From the NCBI GenBank assembly GCA_017435255.1, contig JAFSFI010000010.1, forward strand, positions 9,460 through 73,459: 64,000 bases of DNA. The letters run 5' to 3'. Position numbers and translations under genes: made by a program. Of the stretch, positions 20,988-30,917 are shown one piece after another. Source of the DNA: Bacilli bacterium (GTDB taxonomy: Bacteria > Bacillota_I > Bacilli_A > RF39 > UBA660). The notes under the pieces are model-generated. The model was not told the DNA's origin and searched no databases. It saw only the letters and a program-made list of their open reading frames with translations. Numbering within the stretch: the stretch's first letter is position 1; every line of letters starts with the position of its first letter.

Positions 20988-21422
20988 ATGGCATTAATTC
21001 CATCAAGAACTAAATATCGTCGTGTTCATAGATTACCTTACGAAGGCAAAGCAAAAGGTAATAAAGAGTTACATTTTGGTACTTATGGATTGATGGCAAT
21101 GGAAGGTGCTTGGATTACAACAAATCAAATCGAAGCAGCTCGTGTAGCGATGACTCGTTACATGAAACGTGGAGGAAAAGTATGGATTAACATTTTCCCA
21201 CATATGCCATTGACTAAAAAACCATTAGGAACACGTCAAGGAAAAGGTAAAGGTAATGTAGAAGCATGGGTAGCTGTAGTTAAATCAGGAAAAATCATGT
21301 TTGAAGTTGCTGGGGTATCTGAAGAAATCGCAAGAGAAGCTTTAAGACTTGCAGCACACAAATTACCAATCAAAACAAAATTCGTAATGAAAGAAAATGG
21401 TGGTGATATAAATGAAGGTTAA
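20988..21422 (+). CDS. rplP: 50S ribosomal protein L16
   Basis: Operon position and sequence. Confidence 0.96.
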   Translation: MALIPSRTKYRRVHRLPYEGKAKGNKELHFGTYGLMAMEGAWITTNQIEAARVAMTRYMKRGGKVWINIFPHMPLTKKPLGTRQGKGKGNVEAWVAVVKSGKIMFEVAGVSEEIAREALRLAAHKLPIKTKFVMKENGGDINEG

Positions 21423-21606
21423 TGAAATAAGAAATCTAACCACTGAAGAAATTATCGCAAAGATTAAAGAATCAAAAGAAGAATTATTTAATTTACGTTT
21501 CCAACAAGCAACAGGTAATTTAGAAAAACCTTCAAGAATCAAAGACTTAAGACATCAAGTAGCAAGACTTAAAACAGTATTGCGCGAACGTGAAATGAGT
21601 AAATAG
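21412..21606 (+). CDS. rpmC: 50S ribosomal protein L29
   Basis: Operon position; ...[12 protein letters not shown]... Confidence 0.95.
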   Translation: MKVNEIRNLTTEEIIAKIKESKEELFNLRFQQATGNLEKPSRIKDLRHQVARLKTVLREREMSK

Positions 21607-21616
21607 GAGGGTTAAT

Positions 21617-21874
21617 ATGGAAAAAGTAAGAAAAGAATTAGTTGGAAAAGTAGTAAGTGCTAAAAACAATAAGACAATTACTGTTTTAGTAGAAACATAT
21701 AAAAAACATCCATTGTACGGTAAAAGAGTAAAATACTCTAAAAAATACGCTGTACACGATGAAACAAATAAAGCTAAAGAAGGAGATGTAGTTAGAATAG
21801 TGGAAACAAAACCAATATCAGCTACAAAAAGATTCTATTTAGCAGAAATAGTAAAAGAAGCAGTTATTTTATAA
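21617..21874 (+). CDS. rpsQ: 30S ribosomal protein S17
   Basis: Operon position and sequence. Confidence 0.95.
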   Translation: MEKVRKELVGKVVSAKNNKTITVLVETYKKHPLYGKRVKYSKKYAVHDETNKAKEGDVVRIVETKPISATKRFYLAEIVKEAVIL

Positions 21875-21896
21875 CTTAGGTGAAGGAGGATTAATT

Positions 21897-22265
21897 ATGC
21901 TTCAACAAGAAAGTCGTTTAAAAGTTGCTGACAACTCAGGTGCAAGAGAACTATTAGTAATCAGAGTACTTGGTGGAAGCAAAGTAAAAACTGGTAATAT
22001 CGGTGACATAGTTGTTGGTACAATTAAAAAAGCCACACCTAATGGAACTGTACCAAAAGGAAAAGTAGTTAAAGCTGTTATCGTAAGAAGTAAACAAGGT
22101 GTTAGAAGAGAAGATGGATCATACATCAAGTTCGATGACAATGCATGTGTTATCATTAAAGATGACAAGAGTCCAGTAGGAACTCGTATCTTTGGACCAG
22201 TAGCACGTGAACTTCGTGAAAAAGATTTTATGAAAATAGTATCTTTAGCTAAAGAAGTGCTATAA
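21897..22265 (+). CDS. rplN: 50S ribosomal protein L14
   Basis: [16 protein letters not shown]... Confidence 0.97.
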   Translation: MLQQESRLKVADNSGARELLVIRVLGGSKVKTGNIGDIVVGTIKKATPNGTVPKGKVVKAVIVRSKQGVRREDGSYIKFDDNACVIIKDDKSPVGTRIFGPVARELREKDFMKIVSLAKEVL

Positions 22266-22275
22266 GGAGGATATT

Positions 22276-22584
22276 ATGAATTTAAAAGTAGGAGATAAAG
22301 TAGTAGTTATCGCTGGATCTAGTAAGGGTAAAGAAGGAAAAATCTTAAGAACTCTTAAAAATGAAAATAAAGTAATAGTTGAAGGATGTAATATCATCAA
22401 AAAACATAAAAAAGGTAATGGACAAGAAACAGGTGGAATTCTTGAAGTAGAAGCACCTATCCATGCTTCAAATGTTATGATACTAGATCCTAAAACAAAA
22501 AAAGGTACTAGAATCGGGCATACAACTGATAAAAATAATAAAAAAATAAGAATAGCTAAAAAATCTAGCGAAAAGATTGATTAG
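22276..22584 (+). CDS. rplX: 50S ribosomal protein L24
   Basis: [21 protein letters not shown] motif. Confidence 0.95.
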   Translation: MNLKVGDKVVVIAGSSKGKEGKILRTLKNENKVIVEGCNIIKKHKKGNGQETGGILEVEAPIHASNVMILDPKTKKGTRIGHTTDKNNKKIRIAKKSSEKID

Positions 22585-22601
22585 TGGAAGGAGGGTATTA
22601 T

Positions 22602-23141
22602 ATGAACCGCCTAAAAGAAAAGTATTTAAATGAAATAGTTCCAAGTTTAACAAGTAAATATAATTATAAGACTGTAATGGAAGTTCCTAAACTAGAGAAA
22701 GTAGTAATCAATATCGGTGTAGGAGATGCAACTACTAATTCTAAATTATTAGAAGCAGCAGTTAAAGAACTAGAGTTAATTTCGGGACAAAAACCTGTTA
22801 TTACTAAAGCTAAAAAGTCTATTGCAGGATTTAAATTAAGAGAAGGACAATCAATTGGATGTAAAGTTACATTAAGAGGAGAAAACATGTTTAACTTTAT
22901 CGATAAGTTAATATCTATTGGATTACCTCGTGTACGTGACTTTAGAGGTGTATCTCCAAAAGCATTTGATGGTAGAGGAAATTACACATTAGGAATTAAA
23001 GAGCAATTGATTTTCTCAGAAATAGAATATGACAATGTAGTAAAAGTTAGAGGTATGGATATCGTATTTGTAACAACTGCAAAATCAAACGAAGAAGCTT
23101 ATGATTTATTAAATGAACTTGGTGTTCCATTTAGAAAGTAA
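22602..23141 (+). CDS. rplE: 50S ribosomal protein L5
   Basis: MNRLKEKY... after GGAAGGAGGG. The GTG at 22584 in the track lies inside the RBS region. Confidence 0.95.
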   Translation: MNRLKEKYLNEIVPSLTSKYNYKTVMEVPKLEKVVINIGVGDATTNSKLLEAAVKELELISGQKPVITKAKKSIAGFKLREGQSIGCKVTLRGENMFNFIDKLISIGLPRVRDFRGVSPKAFDGRGNYTLGIKEQLIFSEIEYDNVVKVRGMDIVFVTTAKSNEEAYDLLNELGVPFRK

Positions 23142-23155
23142 TCGGAGGGTAAATA

Positions 23156-23341
23156 ATGGCAAAGAAAAGTATGATTGTTAAAGCTAACAAAAAGCAAAAA
23201 TTCAAAGTTCGTGAATATACACGTTGTAAAAGATGTGGAAGACCTCATGCTGTATTAAGTAAATTTGGGATCTGCCGTATTTGCTTTAGAGAATTAGCTT
23301 ATAAAGGACAAATACCAGGTGTTAGAAAGTCAAGCTGGTAA
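23156..23341 (+). CDS. rpsN: 30S ribosomal protein S14 type Z (zinc-binding)
   Basis: 61 aa with CKRCGR...CRIC. Confidence 0.96.
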   Translation: MAKKSMIVKANKKQKFKVREYTRCKRCGRPHAVLSKFGICRICFRELAYKGQIPGVRKSSW

Positions 23342-23361
23342 TTGGGAAGGAGGAATATAAA

Positions 23362-23763
23362 ATGGCTGTAGTAACTGATACAATTGCAGATATGCTTACT
23401 CGTATTCGTAATGCTAACGCAATGCGTTATATCGAAGTTTCAGTACCTGCTTCTAAATTGAAAGAAGAACTTGCAAGAATTTTAAAAGAAGAAGGATTTA
23501 TAGAAGATTATAAAATCGTTAAAAAGGATGTTCAAGGAACAATCGTTTTAACACTTAAATATGGAAAAAATAAAGAAAGAGTAATTACTGGATTAAAACG
23601 TATTTCTAAACCAGGATTAAGAGTTTATGTTAAGAGTGATGAAGTACCTAAAGTACTTAACGGATTAGGAATTGCAATTATTTCTACATCTAAAGGAATC
23701 ATGACAGACAAACAAGCTCGCAAAGAAAACCTTGGTGGAGAAGTATTAGCTTATATTTGGTAA
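23362..23763 (+). CDS. rpsH: 30S ribosomal protein S8
   Basis: ...[13 protein letters not shown]... Confidence 0.97.
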   Translation: MAVVTDTIADMLTRIRNANAMRYIEVSVPASKLKEELARILKEEGFIEDYKIVKKDVQGTIVLTLKYGKNKERVITGLKRISKPGLRVYVKSDEVPKVLNGLGIAIISTSKGIMTDKQARKENLGGEVLAYIW

Positions 23764-23787
23764 TCTAAAGTGTAAGGAGGACCTAAA

Positions 23788-24318
23788 ATGAGTCGTATAG
23801 GAAATAGAAAACTTGTAATACCTGACGGTGTTACAGTTGCAGAAGAAAATGGTATCGTTACTGTAAAAGGACCTAAGGGAGAACTTACTACTTCATTAGT
23901 AAAAGGGATTACTTTAAAAGTAGAAGAAAACACTTTAGAAGTACTAAGAGAAAGTGATGATATTAAAGCAATGCATGGTACAATCAATGCTAACATCAAT
24001 AATATGATGATTGGCGTAAGCAAAGGTTATGAAAAACAATTAGAAATAATTGGTGTAGGTTACCGTTTTGCATTAAAAGGAAATCAAATAGTGATCAGTG
24101 CAGGATATTCACATCCAGTTGAAATGGAAATACCTGCAGGACTTACTGTTGAAGTTCCAACAAATACAGAACTTACTGTTAAAGGAATCGATAAGGTTTT
24201 AGTAGGTGAGTTCGCAGCTAACATTCGTAAAGTAAGAAAACCTGAACCATATAAAGGTAAAGGAATCCGTTATAAAGATGAACATGTTCGTCGTAAAGAA
24301 GGAAAGAAAGCTGCTTAA
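23788..24318 (+). CDS. rplF: 50S ribosomal protein L6
   Basis: [12 protein letters not shown]... Confidence 0.96.
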   Translation: MSRIGNRKLVIPDGVTVAEENGIVTVKGPKGELTTSLVKGITLKVEENTLEVLRESDDIKAMHGTINANINNMMIGVSKGYEKQLEIIGVGYRFALKGNQIVISAGYSHPVEMEIPAGLTVEVPTNTELTVKGIDKVLVGEFAANIRKVRKPEPYKGKGIRYKDEHVRRKEGKKAA

Positions 24319-24343
24319 AATATAAGATAAGGAGAAGTTACTT

Positions 24344-24706
24344 ATGATAAGAAAAGTATCAAGAAATGTTATGCGTAAAGCTAGACACGAAAGAGTAAGA
24401 GCAAAAGTTCATGGAACTAGCGCTGTGCCAAGACTTAATGTGTTTAGATCAAATTCAAATATTTTTGCACAAATTATTGATGATGAAGCTGGTATAACTT
24501 TAGTTTCTGCATCATCACTTGATAAAGATTTGAAATTAGAAAACGGAAGTAACATAGAAGCTGCTACTAAAGTAGGTGAATTAGTTGCTGAAAAAGCTAA
24601 AAAAGCAAAAATCACTGAAGTAGTATTTGATAGAGGTGGATATCTTTATCATGGACGTGTTAAAGCTTTAGCTGAAGCTGCACGTAATAAAGGATTAGAA
24701 TTCTAA
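24344..24706 (+). CDS. rplR: 50S ribosomal protein L18
   Basis: Operon position; ...[16 protein letters not shown]... Confidence 0.96.
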   Translation: MIRKVSRNVMRKARHERVRAKVHGTSAVPRLNVFRSNSNIFAQIIDDEAGITLVSASSLDKDLKLENGSNIEAATKVGELVAEKAKKAKITEVVFDRGGYLYHGRVKALAEAARNKGLEF

Positions 24707-24720
24707 GAGGAGGGTAATTT

Positions 24721-25230
24721 ATGCAAAATAGAAATAATGACCCAAAAGCAAAGCTTTTTGAAGAACAAGTTATCGAAGTAAAAAGCGTTGTAAAAGTTAA
24801 CAAAGGTGGTAGGCAAAGACGTTTTTCTGCTACAGTTGTTGTAGGGGACAGAAAAGGTAAAGTTGGATTAGGTATGGGTAAAGCTAATGAAGTACCTGAT
24901 GCAATCAAAAAAGCAATTCAAGCTGCAAATAAAAATATGATTAAAGTACACCTAACTGATAATAGAACGATTGCCCACGATGTAATAGGTACTAGAGGAG
25001 CTGCTAAAGTTATGTTAAAACCAGCTGCTGCCGGTACTGGAGTTATTGCTGGTGGAGCAGTTCGTGCTGTATTAGAACTTGCTGGAATTCGTGACATTTT
25101 ATCAAAATCACTTGGATCAAGAACTAAAAATAACATGGCTAACGCTACAATGGATGCACTAAAACAATTAAAAACACCTGAACACACTGCTGAATTAAGA
25201 GGAAAAACAGTAGAGGAGATTTTAGGATAA
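24721..25230 (+). CDS. rpsE: 30S ribosomal protein S5
   Basis: ...[21 protein letters not shown]... Confidence 0.96.
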   Translation: MQNRNNDPKAKLFEEQVIEVKSVVKVNKGGRQRRFSATVVVGDRKGKVGLGMGKANEVPDAIKKAIQAANKNMIKVHLTDNRTIAHDVIGTRGAAKVMLKPAAAGTGVIAGGAVRAVLELAGIRDILSKSLGSRTKNNMANATMDALKQLKTPEHTAELRGKTVEEILG

Positions 25231-25673
25231 TGAAATTACATGAATTAGAAAAAAACATTGGTGCAACAAGTTCAAGAAAAAGAGTAGGTCGTGGACCAGG
25301 TTCAGGTTTAGGTAAAACAAGTGGTAAAGGACAAAAAGGTCAAAATTCTAGAAGTGGTGGAGGAGTAAAAGCTACATTTGAAGGTGGACAATTACCTTTA
25401 TATAGAAGATTACCAAAAAGAGGATTCTCAAACTTCAAATTTAAAACTACTTATGCAGTAGTAAATGTTGGAGATTTGAACAGATTCGAAGATGGTACTT
25501 TAGTTACTCCAGCGCTACTTAAAGAAGTAGGATTAGCAAGTAAAGAGTTAGATGGAATTAAAATTTTAGGAAACGGAAGCTTAGAAAAGAAATTAACTAT
25601 TCAAGCTCATAAAGTTTCAAAAAGCGCAGTAGAAAAGATAGAAGCATCTGGAAGTAAAATTGAGGTGATCTAA
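25230..25673 (+). CDS. rplO: 50S ribosomal protein L15
   Basis: ...[17 protein letters not shown]... Its ATG overlaps the rpsE stop (TAATG). Confidence 0.96.
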   Translation: MKLHELEKNIGATSSRKRVGRGPGSGLGKTSGKGQKGQNSRSGGGVKATFEGGQLPLYRRLPKRGFSNFKFKTTYAVVNVGDLNRFEDGTLVTPALLKEVGLASKELDGIKILGNGSLEKKLTIQAHKVSKSAVEKIEASGSKIEVI

Positions 25674-25674
25674 T

Positions 25675-26940
25675 ATGTTTCAACCATTGAAACAATTAAT
25701 GTCACCTATCAATAAAGATTTAAGACAAAGAATCTTGTTCACATTAGGTGCATTATTGATATTTGTTGTAGGTACTGGAATTCAAATTCCAGGTACAGCA
25801 GATGTCACTGGGAGTTTAGGTTTTTTAGAATTAATTAATGTTATGGGTGGAGGAGCTCTTAAGCAATTTTCAATATTTGCATTAGGAGTTATGCCTTACA
25901 TCACAGCATCAATTATTACACAATTATTACAAATGGATATTATTCCATACTTTAGTGAGTTAAAAAATCAAGGACCTGTTGGTCGTCAAAAGATAAATCA
26001 AATCAATAGATATATGGGTATTATATTTGCCTTTATCGAAGGGCTAGCATTTGCTTTTGCGTTCTTAGGTGCTGGCAAGTCAACATTAGATTATATGTAT
26101 GTTGCTACAATTATGACTGCAGGTACCGCATTCCTATTATGGTTAGGTGATCAAATAACTCAAAAAGGTATAGGTAATGGTATATCATTAATTATTATGG
26201 CAGGTATTATCTCGACATTACCAACAATGTTTGTTACTGCTTTCAATGAATTGGTTTTTGAAAGAGGATTAGCACTACCATTAGGTATTGCCGCATTTGT
26301 TGGATTTGTAATAATTTATTTCTTAATAATTATAGGAGTAATATTTGTAGAAAATTCAGAGCGTAAAATTACTATCCAATATGCAAATAAAACAAGTAGT
26401 GCATTTGGAAGTAATCAATCATTTATGCCTATGAAAGTGAATTCAGCAGGAGTTGTACCAGTTATCTTTGCATCAAGCTTACTTGCAATACCAGCAACGA
26501 TAGCTCAATTTGTAAAGAATGAAGCATTTACTAATTTTGTAAATACTTATTTAAACTATACAACACCAGTAGGATTCTTAATATTTGTAGTATTAATTTA
26601 TTTCTTTGCATATTTCTATACGTTCTTGCAATTAAAACCAGATGAATTAGCAAAGAACTTACAAGATAATGGTGGATTTATCCCAGGAGTTCGTCCTGGA
26701 AAAGATACTGAAAAATATATTGGAAGTATTTTATCTAAATTAACTATTGTTGGTGGTTTATTCTTAGTTATAATTTCTGGGTTACCAATTATTTTTAGTA
26801 ACATAACCAAGTTGCCAGCAAGTGTAACAATTGGTGGAACTAGTTTACTTATCGTGGTTGGTGTTGCCTTAGAAACTTATAAACAATTAGAGGGTAGTTT
26901 GGTTACTAGAACATATAAGAAGGGATATAGTAGAAGATAA
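25675..26940 (+). CDS. secY: preprotein translocase subunit SecY
   Basis: Ten-TM protein at the canonical spc-operon position. Confidence 0.96.
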   Translation: MFQPLKQLMSPINKDLRQRILFTLGALLIFVVGTGIQIPGTADVTGSLGFLELINVMGGGALKQFSIFALGVMPYITASIITQLLQMDIIPYFSELKNQGPVGRQKINQINRYMGIIFAFIEGLAFAFAFLGAGKSTLDYMYVATIMTAGTAFLLWLGDQITQKGIGNGISLIIMAGIISTLPTMFVTAFNELVFERGLALPLGIAAFVGFVIIYFLIIIGVIFVENSERKITIQYANKTSSAFGSNQSFMPMKVNSAGVVPVIFASSLLAIPATIAQFVKNEAFTNFVNTYLNYTTPVGFLIFVVLIYFFAYFYTFLQLKPDELAKNLQDNGGFIPGVRPGKDTEKYIGSILSKLTIVGGLFLVIISGLPIIFSNITKLPASVTIGGTSLLIVVGVALETYKQLEGSLVTRTYKKGYSRR

Positions 26941-26941
26941 T

Positions 26942-27619
26942 ATGAAAAATTTAATACTAATTGCTGCACCTGGTGCAGGTAAAGGAACTTTGGCAAAAGA
27001 CTTAAAGGAAAAATATGGCTATACACACATTTCCACTGGAGATTTGTTAAGAGAAGCTGCAGCTAAAGGTGATGAACTTGGTAACAAGATTCACGAAACT
27101 TTAACTAAAGGAGAATTTGTTAGTGATGACATTGTTCTTGCTGCTTTAAAAAACAGACTAATGAATGATGACTGTGAAAATGGATATATTTTAGATGGAT
27201 ATCCAAGAACAGTGAAACAAGCTGAAATGTATGACGATATAGTTAAAGAAATAAATAAAGATTTAGGAATGGTAATCGTTCTTGATATTGATAAAGAGTT
27301 GTTAATAGAAAGAATTACTGGTAGAAGATTATGCCGTGGATGTGATGCTATTTACAATATTTATAATCCTGAACTTTCGCCAAAAGATGAACATACTTGT
27401 GACAAGTGTGGCGGTGAATTATATCAAAGAAGTGATGATAATTTGGAATCGCTTGAAACTAGATATAATACTTATATAGAAAAAACACAACCATTAATTG
27501 ATTATTATAATAATAAAAATTGTTTATATAGAGTAAGCAGTAACGAAGGTTCAAAGGTTACTTTGAAACGCGTTATTGAATTGCTTGAAACACAAGGTGA
27601 TAGTGTTGATAAAAATTAA
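26942..27619 (+). CDS. adk: adenylate kinase (zinc-lid type)
   Basis: P-loop GAPGAGKGT. The lid carries CRGC...CDKCG. Confidence 0.96.
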   Translation: MKNLILIAAPGAGKGTLAKDLKEKYGYTHISTGDLLREAAAKGDELGNKIHETLTKGEFVSDDIVLAALKNRLMNDDCENGYILDGYPRTVKQAEMYDDIVKEINKDLGMVIVLDIDKELLIERITGRRLCRGCDAIYNIYNPELSPKDEHTCDKCGGELYQRSDDNLESLETRYNTYIEKTQPLIDYYNNKNCLYRVSSNEGSKVTLKRVIELLETQGDSVDKN

Positions 27620-28352
27620 AAGTGATCGAGAAATCGAATTGCTTGAAAAAGCAGGTCATATTGTTTATTTGACCCATCAATATTTAAAACCTTATATTAA
27701 AGAAGGTATAACAACAAAAGAGTTAGATACTTTAGCAGAAAAATTTATTTTAAGCCAAGGTGCTACTCCATCTTTTAAAGGATATAACGGATTTCCGGGA
27801 TCCATATGTACTAGTATAAACAATCAAGTAGTACATGGGATCCCAGGGAAGACAAAACTTAAAAAAGGTGATATAATATCAATCGATATTGGGGCTTGTT
27901 ATAAAGGTTATCATGGTGACTCTGCTTGGAGCTATCCAGTTGGAGAAATTAACAATGATAAAAAATATCTTCTAGATCATACAGAAAAATCCTTATATGA
28001 AGGATTAAAACAAGTAAAACCAGGCAATAGAATAGGTGATATAGGTCATGCTATTGAAGAATATGCTAATAAATATCATTTAGGAGTTGTTCTAGAACTT
28101 GTTGGACATGGTGTAGGTAGCAATTTACACGAAGAACCAGATGTACCCAATTATGGTAGGGCTGGAACTGGGCCAATTCTTAAAGAAGGAATGGTAATTG
28201 CTATTGAACCGATGTTAAATTTAGGAAGCCCTAATATATACATGTTAGAAGATGGATGGACAATTGAAACAGATGACTACAGTCCGTCAGCTCATTTTGA
28301 ACATACTGTAGTAGTAACCAAAGATGGATACAAAATATTAACGGGAGAGTGA
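27606..28352 (+). CDS. map: type I methionine aminopeptidase
   Basis: (M)[12 protein letters not shown]... with metal ligands (..HG.., ..EP.., ..H..). The start is TTG at 27606 (or GTG at 27603), after AAGGTGA. Confidence 0.9.
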   Translation: MIKIKSDREIELLEKAGHIVYLTHQYLKPYIKEGITTKELDTLAEKFILSQGATPSFKGYNGFPGSICTSINNQVVHGIPGKTKLKKGDIISIDIGACYKGYHGDSAWSYPVGEINNDKKYLLDHTEKSLYEGLKQVKPGNRIGDIGHAIEEYANKYHLGVVLELVGHGVGSNLHEEPDVPNYGRAGTGPILKEGMVIAIEPMLNLGSPNIYMLEDGWTIETDDYSPSAHFEHTVVVTKDGYKILTGE

Positions 28353-28356
28353 AGAG

Positions 28357-28572
28357 ATGGCTAAAGACGATACAATTGAGATCGAAGGAAAAGTTCAAGA
28401 AGTATTACCTGGAGGTAAGTTTAAAGTAGAACTTGAAAATGGACACATTGTGGAAGCTCACGTTTCTGGTAAAATCCGAATGAATTACATTCGCATCTTA
28501 CCGGGGGATACCGTAATGCTAGAACTATCGCCTTATGATTTAACACGTGGGCGTATAACCTATAGGAAATAA
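28357..28572 (+). CDS. infA: translation initiation factor IF-1
   Basis: [13 protein letters not shown]... Confidence 0.96.
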   Translation: MAKDDTIEIEGKVQEVLPGGKFKVELENGHIVEAHVSGKIRMNYIRILPGDTVMLELSPYDLTRGRITYRK

Positions 28573-28586
28573 TAGGAGGGATAATA

Positions 28587-28700
28587 ATGAAAGTAAAAGC
28601 ATCAGCAAAGAAAATTTGTGATAAATGCAAAGTTATTAAACGTAATGGTAAAATTAGAATTATTTGTGAAAATCCAAAACACAAACAAAGACAAGGTTAA
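28587..28700 (+). CDS. rpmJ: 50S ribosomal protein L36
   Basis: Not in the ORF track (37 aa). Hand translation gives [37 protein letters not shown] after AGGAGGG. Confidence 0.93.
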   Translation: MKVKASAKKICDKCKVIKRNGKIRIICENPKHKQRQG

Positions 28701-28718
28701 TGAAAGGAAGTGTATTCT

Positions 28719-29084
28719 ATGGCACGTATTAAAGGTGTAGATATACCAAACGATAAACATGTTGAAATTTCACTGACATATATTTATGGTATAGGTAGAA
28801 ATTTATCTAAGAAGATTTTGGCAGATGCAGGTGTTGAACCTACTAAAAAAGTTAAAGACTTAGATAACGATGAATTAAACAAAGTTCGTGATGAAGTTGG
28901 TAAATACGTAGTTGAAGGAGATTTAAGAAGAGATGTTAATATGAATATCAAAACTAAAATGGAAATCAATTCTTACCAAGGAACTCGTCATAAAAAAGGT
29001 TTACCTGTAAGAGGGCAATCAACTAGAAGTAACGCACGTACTCGTAAGGGAAAAGGTAAAACAATCGCCAATAAAAAGAAATAA
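28719..29084 (+). CDS. rpsM: 30S ribosomal protein S13
   Basis: [10 protein letters not shown]...; the ATG at 28719 is preferred over the GTG at 28710. Confidence 0.96.
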   Translation: MARIKGVDIPNDKHVEISLTYIYGIGRNLSKKILADAGVEPTKKVKDLDNDELNKVRDEVGKYVVEGDLRRDVNMNIKTKMEINSYQGTRHKKGLPVRGQSTRSNARTRKGKGKTIANKKK

Positions 29085-29114
29085 TAAAAAATAGTTAAAA
29101 AGGAGGTCAAACTT

Positions 29115-29498
29115 ATGGCTTATAAAACTAGAAAAAGAAAAGTTAAAAAGAATGTTCCTGAAGGTGTAGCACACATTCATTCAACATTTAATAATACAAT
29201 TACTACTATAACTGATAAAGATGGTAATGCAATTTCTTGGGCTTCAAGTGGAGCAATCGGTTTCAAAGGTAGTAAAAAATCAACTCCATTCGCAGCTGGT
29301 ATGGCAGCAGAAGCAGCAGGTAAAGCGGCATTTGATTCTGGAATGAGAAAAGTTGAGGTTTATGTTAAAGGTTTAGGACCAGGACGTGAAACAGCTATTA
29401 GATCACTTCAAACAGCAGGATTAGAAGTAACTGCTATTAACGATGTGACACCAATACCACACAACGGATGTCGTCCACCAAAACGTCCACGTGGTTAA
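29115..29498 (+). CDS. rpsK: 30S ribosomal protein S11
   Basis: ...[13 protein letters not shown]... Confidence 0.96.
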   Translation: MAYKTRKRKVKKNVPEGVAHIHSTFNNTITTITDKDGNAISWASSGAIGFKGSKKSTPFAAGMAAEAAGKAAFDSGMRKVEVYVKGLGPGRETAIRSLQTAGLEVTAINDVTPIPHNGCRPPKRPRG

Positions 29499-29520
29499 TT
29501 AAAATAAAGGAGGTAGTTTC

Positions 29521-30471
29521 ATGATAGAATTTGAAAAACCAAACTATAAAATAACTGATTATGTAGAAAGTAATTTCTACGGGAAATTTGAAATTGAACC
29601 ATTAGAAAGAGGATTTGGGACTACATTAGGTAATGCCTTAAGACGTGTAATGTTGTCATCTCTTCCTGGTTCAGCAATTAGTAGTGTGAAAATTGAAGGG
29701 GCACTACACGAATTCCAAACATTAGATGGTGTTTTAGAAGATGTTACAACAATAATCTTAAATTTAAAGAAAGTTGTAATTAAAAACCATTCTAATGACA
29801 GTAAAGTAATTAGACTTAACGTTACTAAAGAAGGGCCAGTTACTGCTGGTGATATCGAGCGCGATGCTGATATAGAAATCATTAATCCAGATTTAGTACT
29901 TTGTAATGTTGCTAGAGGTGGAAAATTTATAGCAGAAATGACTGTATCTAATGGTAGAGGTTATGTAAGAAGCGAAGAAAACAAGAAGTTATTAGATATT
30001 AAAAAAGTTGGAGTTATTCCAATAGATTCAATTTTCTCTCCAATTGATCGTGTATCTTATGAAGTTGAGAGTGCACGTGTAGGACAAGATGAAAGTTATG
30101 ATAAATTAATAATGAATGTATGGACTAACGGTTCAACAAAACCAGAAGAAGCAATCGCACTTGCAGCTAGAATATTAATTGAACATTTTAATATTTTAAC
30201 TAACTTAAGTAATATTGCTGATATGACTGGAATGATGATTGAAAAAACTGAAGATCCAAAAGTAAAAGCATTAGAAACTACAATTGAAGATCTTGATTTC
30301 TCAGTACGTGCGTATAATTGCTTAAAGAGAGCAGGAATTCATACATTGCAAGATTTAGTTAATAGATCTGAAAATGATATGATGAAAATACGTAACTTAG
30401 GTAAGAAATCACTAAAAGAAGTATTAGATAAAGTAAAAGAATTAGGTTTACTTTTACGTGAAGAAGATTAG
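29521..30471 (+). CDS. rpoA: DNA-directed RNA polymerase subunit alpha
   Basis: N-terminal and C-terminal domain motifs (...LDFSVRAYNCLKRAGI...). Confidence 0.96.
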   Translation: MIEFEKPNYKITDYVESNFYGKFEIEPLERGFGTTLGNALRRVMLSSLPGSAISSVKIEGALHEFQTLDGVLEDVTTIILNLKKVVIKNHSNDSKVIRLNVTKEGPVTAGDIERDADIEIINPDLVLCNVARGGKFIAEMTVSNGRGYVRSEENKKLLDIKKVGVIPIDSIFSPIDRVSYEVESARVGQDESYDKLIMNVWTNGSTKPEEAIALAARILIEHFNILTNLSNIADMTGMMIEKTEDPKVKALETTIEDLDFSVRAYNCLKRAGIHTLQDLVNRSENDMMKIRNLGKKSLKEVLDKVKELGLLLREED

Positions 30472-30486
30472 TAAGGAGGAATCAAC

Positions 30487-30831
30487 ATGGCATATAGAAA
30501 ACTAGGTGTTGATAATAAACACAGAAGAAGCATGCTTGCAAATCTTACTAAAGATGTTATCATGAACGGAAGTGTTAAAACTACAGATACAAGAGCTAAA
30601 GAAGTTCGTAAATTTGTTGATAAAATGATAACTTATGGTAAAGATGGTGGATTGGTTGCTAGAAGAAAAGCGTTAGCTTTCCTTCGCAATGATACTGCCG
30701 CTGTTAAGAAAGTATTTGATGAACTTGCGCCAAAGTATGCAAATAGAAACGGTGGATACACAAGAATATTAAAAATGGATGAACGTAGAGGAGACGATGC
30801 GTTAATCGTTGTTTTAGAATTAGTAGACTAG
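30487..30831 (+). CDS. rplQ: 50S ribosomal protein L17
   Basis: MAYRKLGVDNKHRRSMLANL... Confidence 0.96.
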   Translation: MAYRKLGVDNKHRRSMLANLTKDVIMNGSVKTTDTRAKEVRKFVDKMITYGKDGGLVARRKALAFLRNDTAAVKKVFDELAPKYANRNGGYTRILKMDERRGDDALIVVLELVD

Positions 30832-30849
30832 TAATAGTCTTCTTTTTTT
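30825..30849 (+). terminator. rho-independent terminator ending the alpha operon
   Basis: AGACTA-gtaa-TAGTCT plus a T-run. Confidence 0.6.
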
Positions 30850-30917
30850 GTATTTTTTTGTAGACTTATGTAATATTTTTTTGTATAATTTATGTAGAAT
30901 AGAAGAGGTGTTTGAAA

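Noticed and set aside
27576-27605. The track's long N-terminal extension of methionine aminopeptidase (MNCLKHKVIV...), which overlaps adk by 44 nt.
   Set aside because: MAP proteins start at the conserved (M)I.IKS..EIE segment. TTG 27606 and GTG 27603 follow an AAGGTGA RBS, whereas ATG 27576 has none.
18214-29882. Many 60-110-aa minus-strand ORFs in the track lie inside the ribosomal protein cluster (for example 18214-18522, 19966-20238, 21902-22168, 23751-24023, 24409-24615, 24660-24908, 24918-25187, 29577-29882).
   Set aside because: They are fully antisense to highly conserved r-protein genes, lack RBSs, and have Ser/Leu/Thr-rich shadow-frame composition. They are artefacts of AT-rich codon bias.
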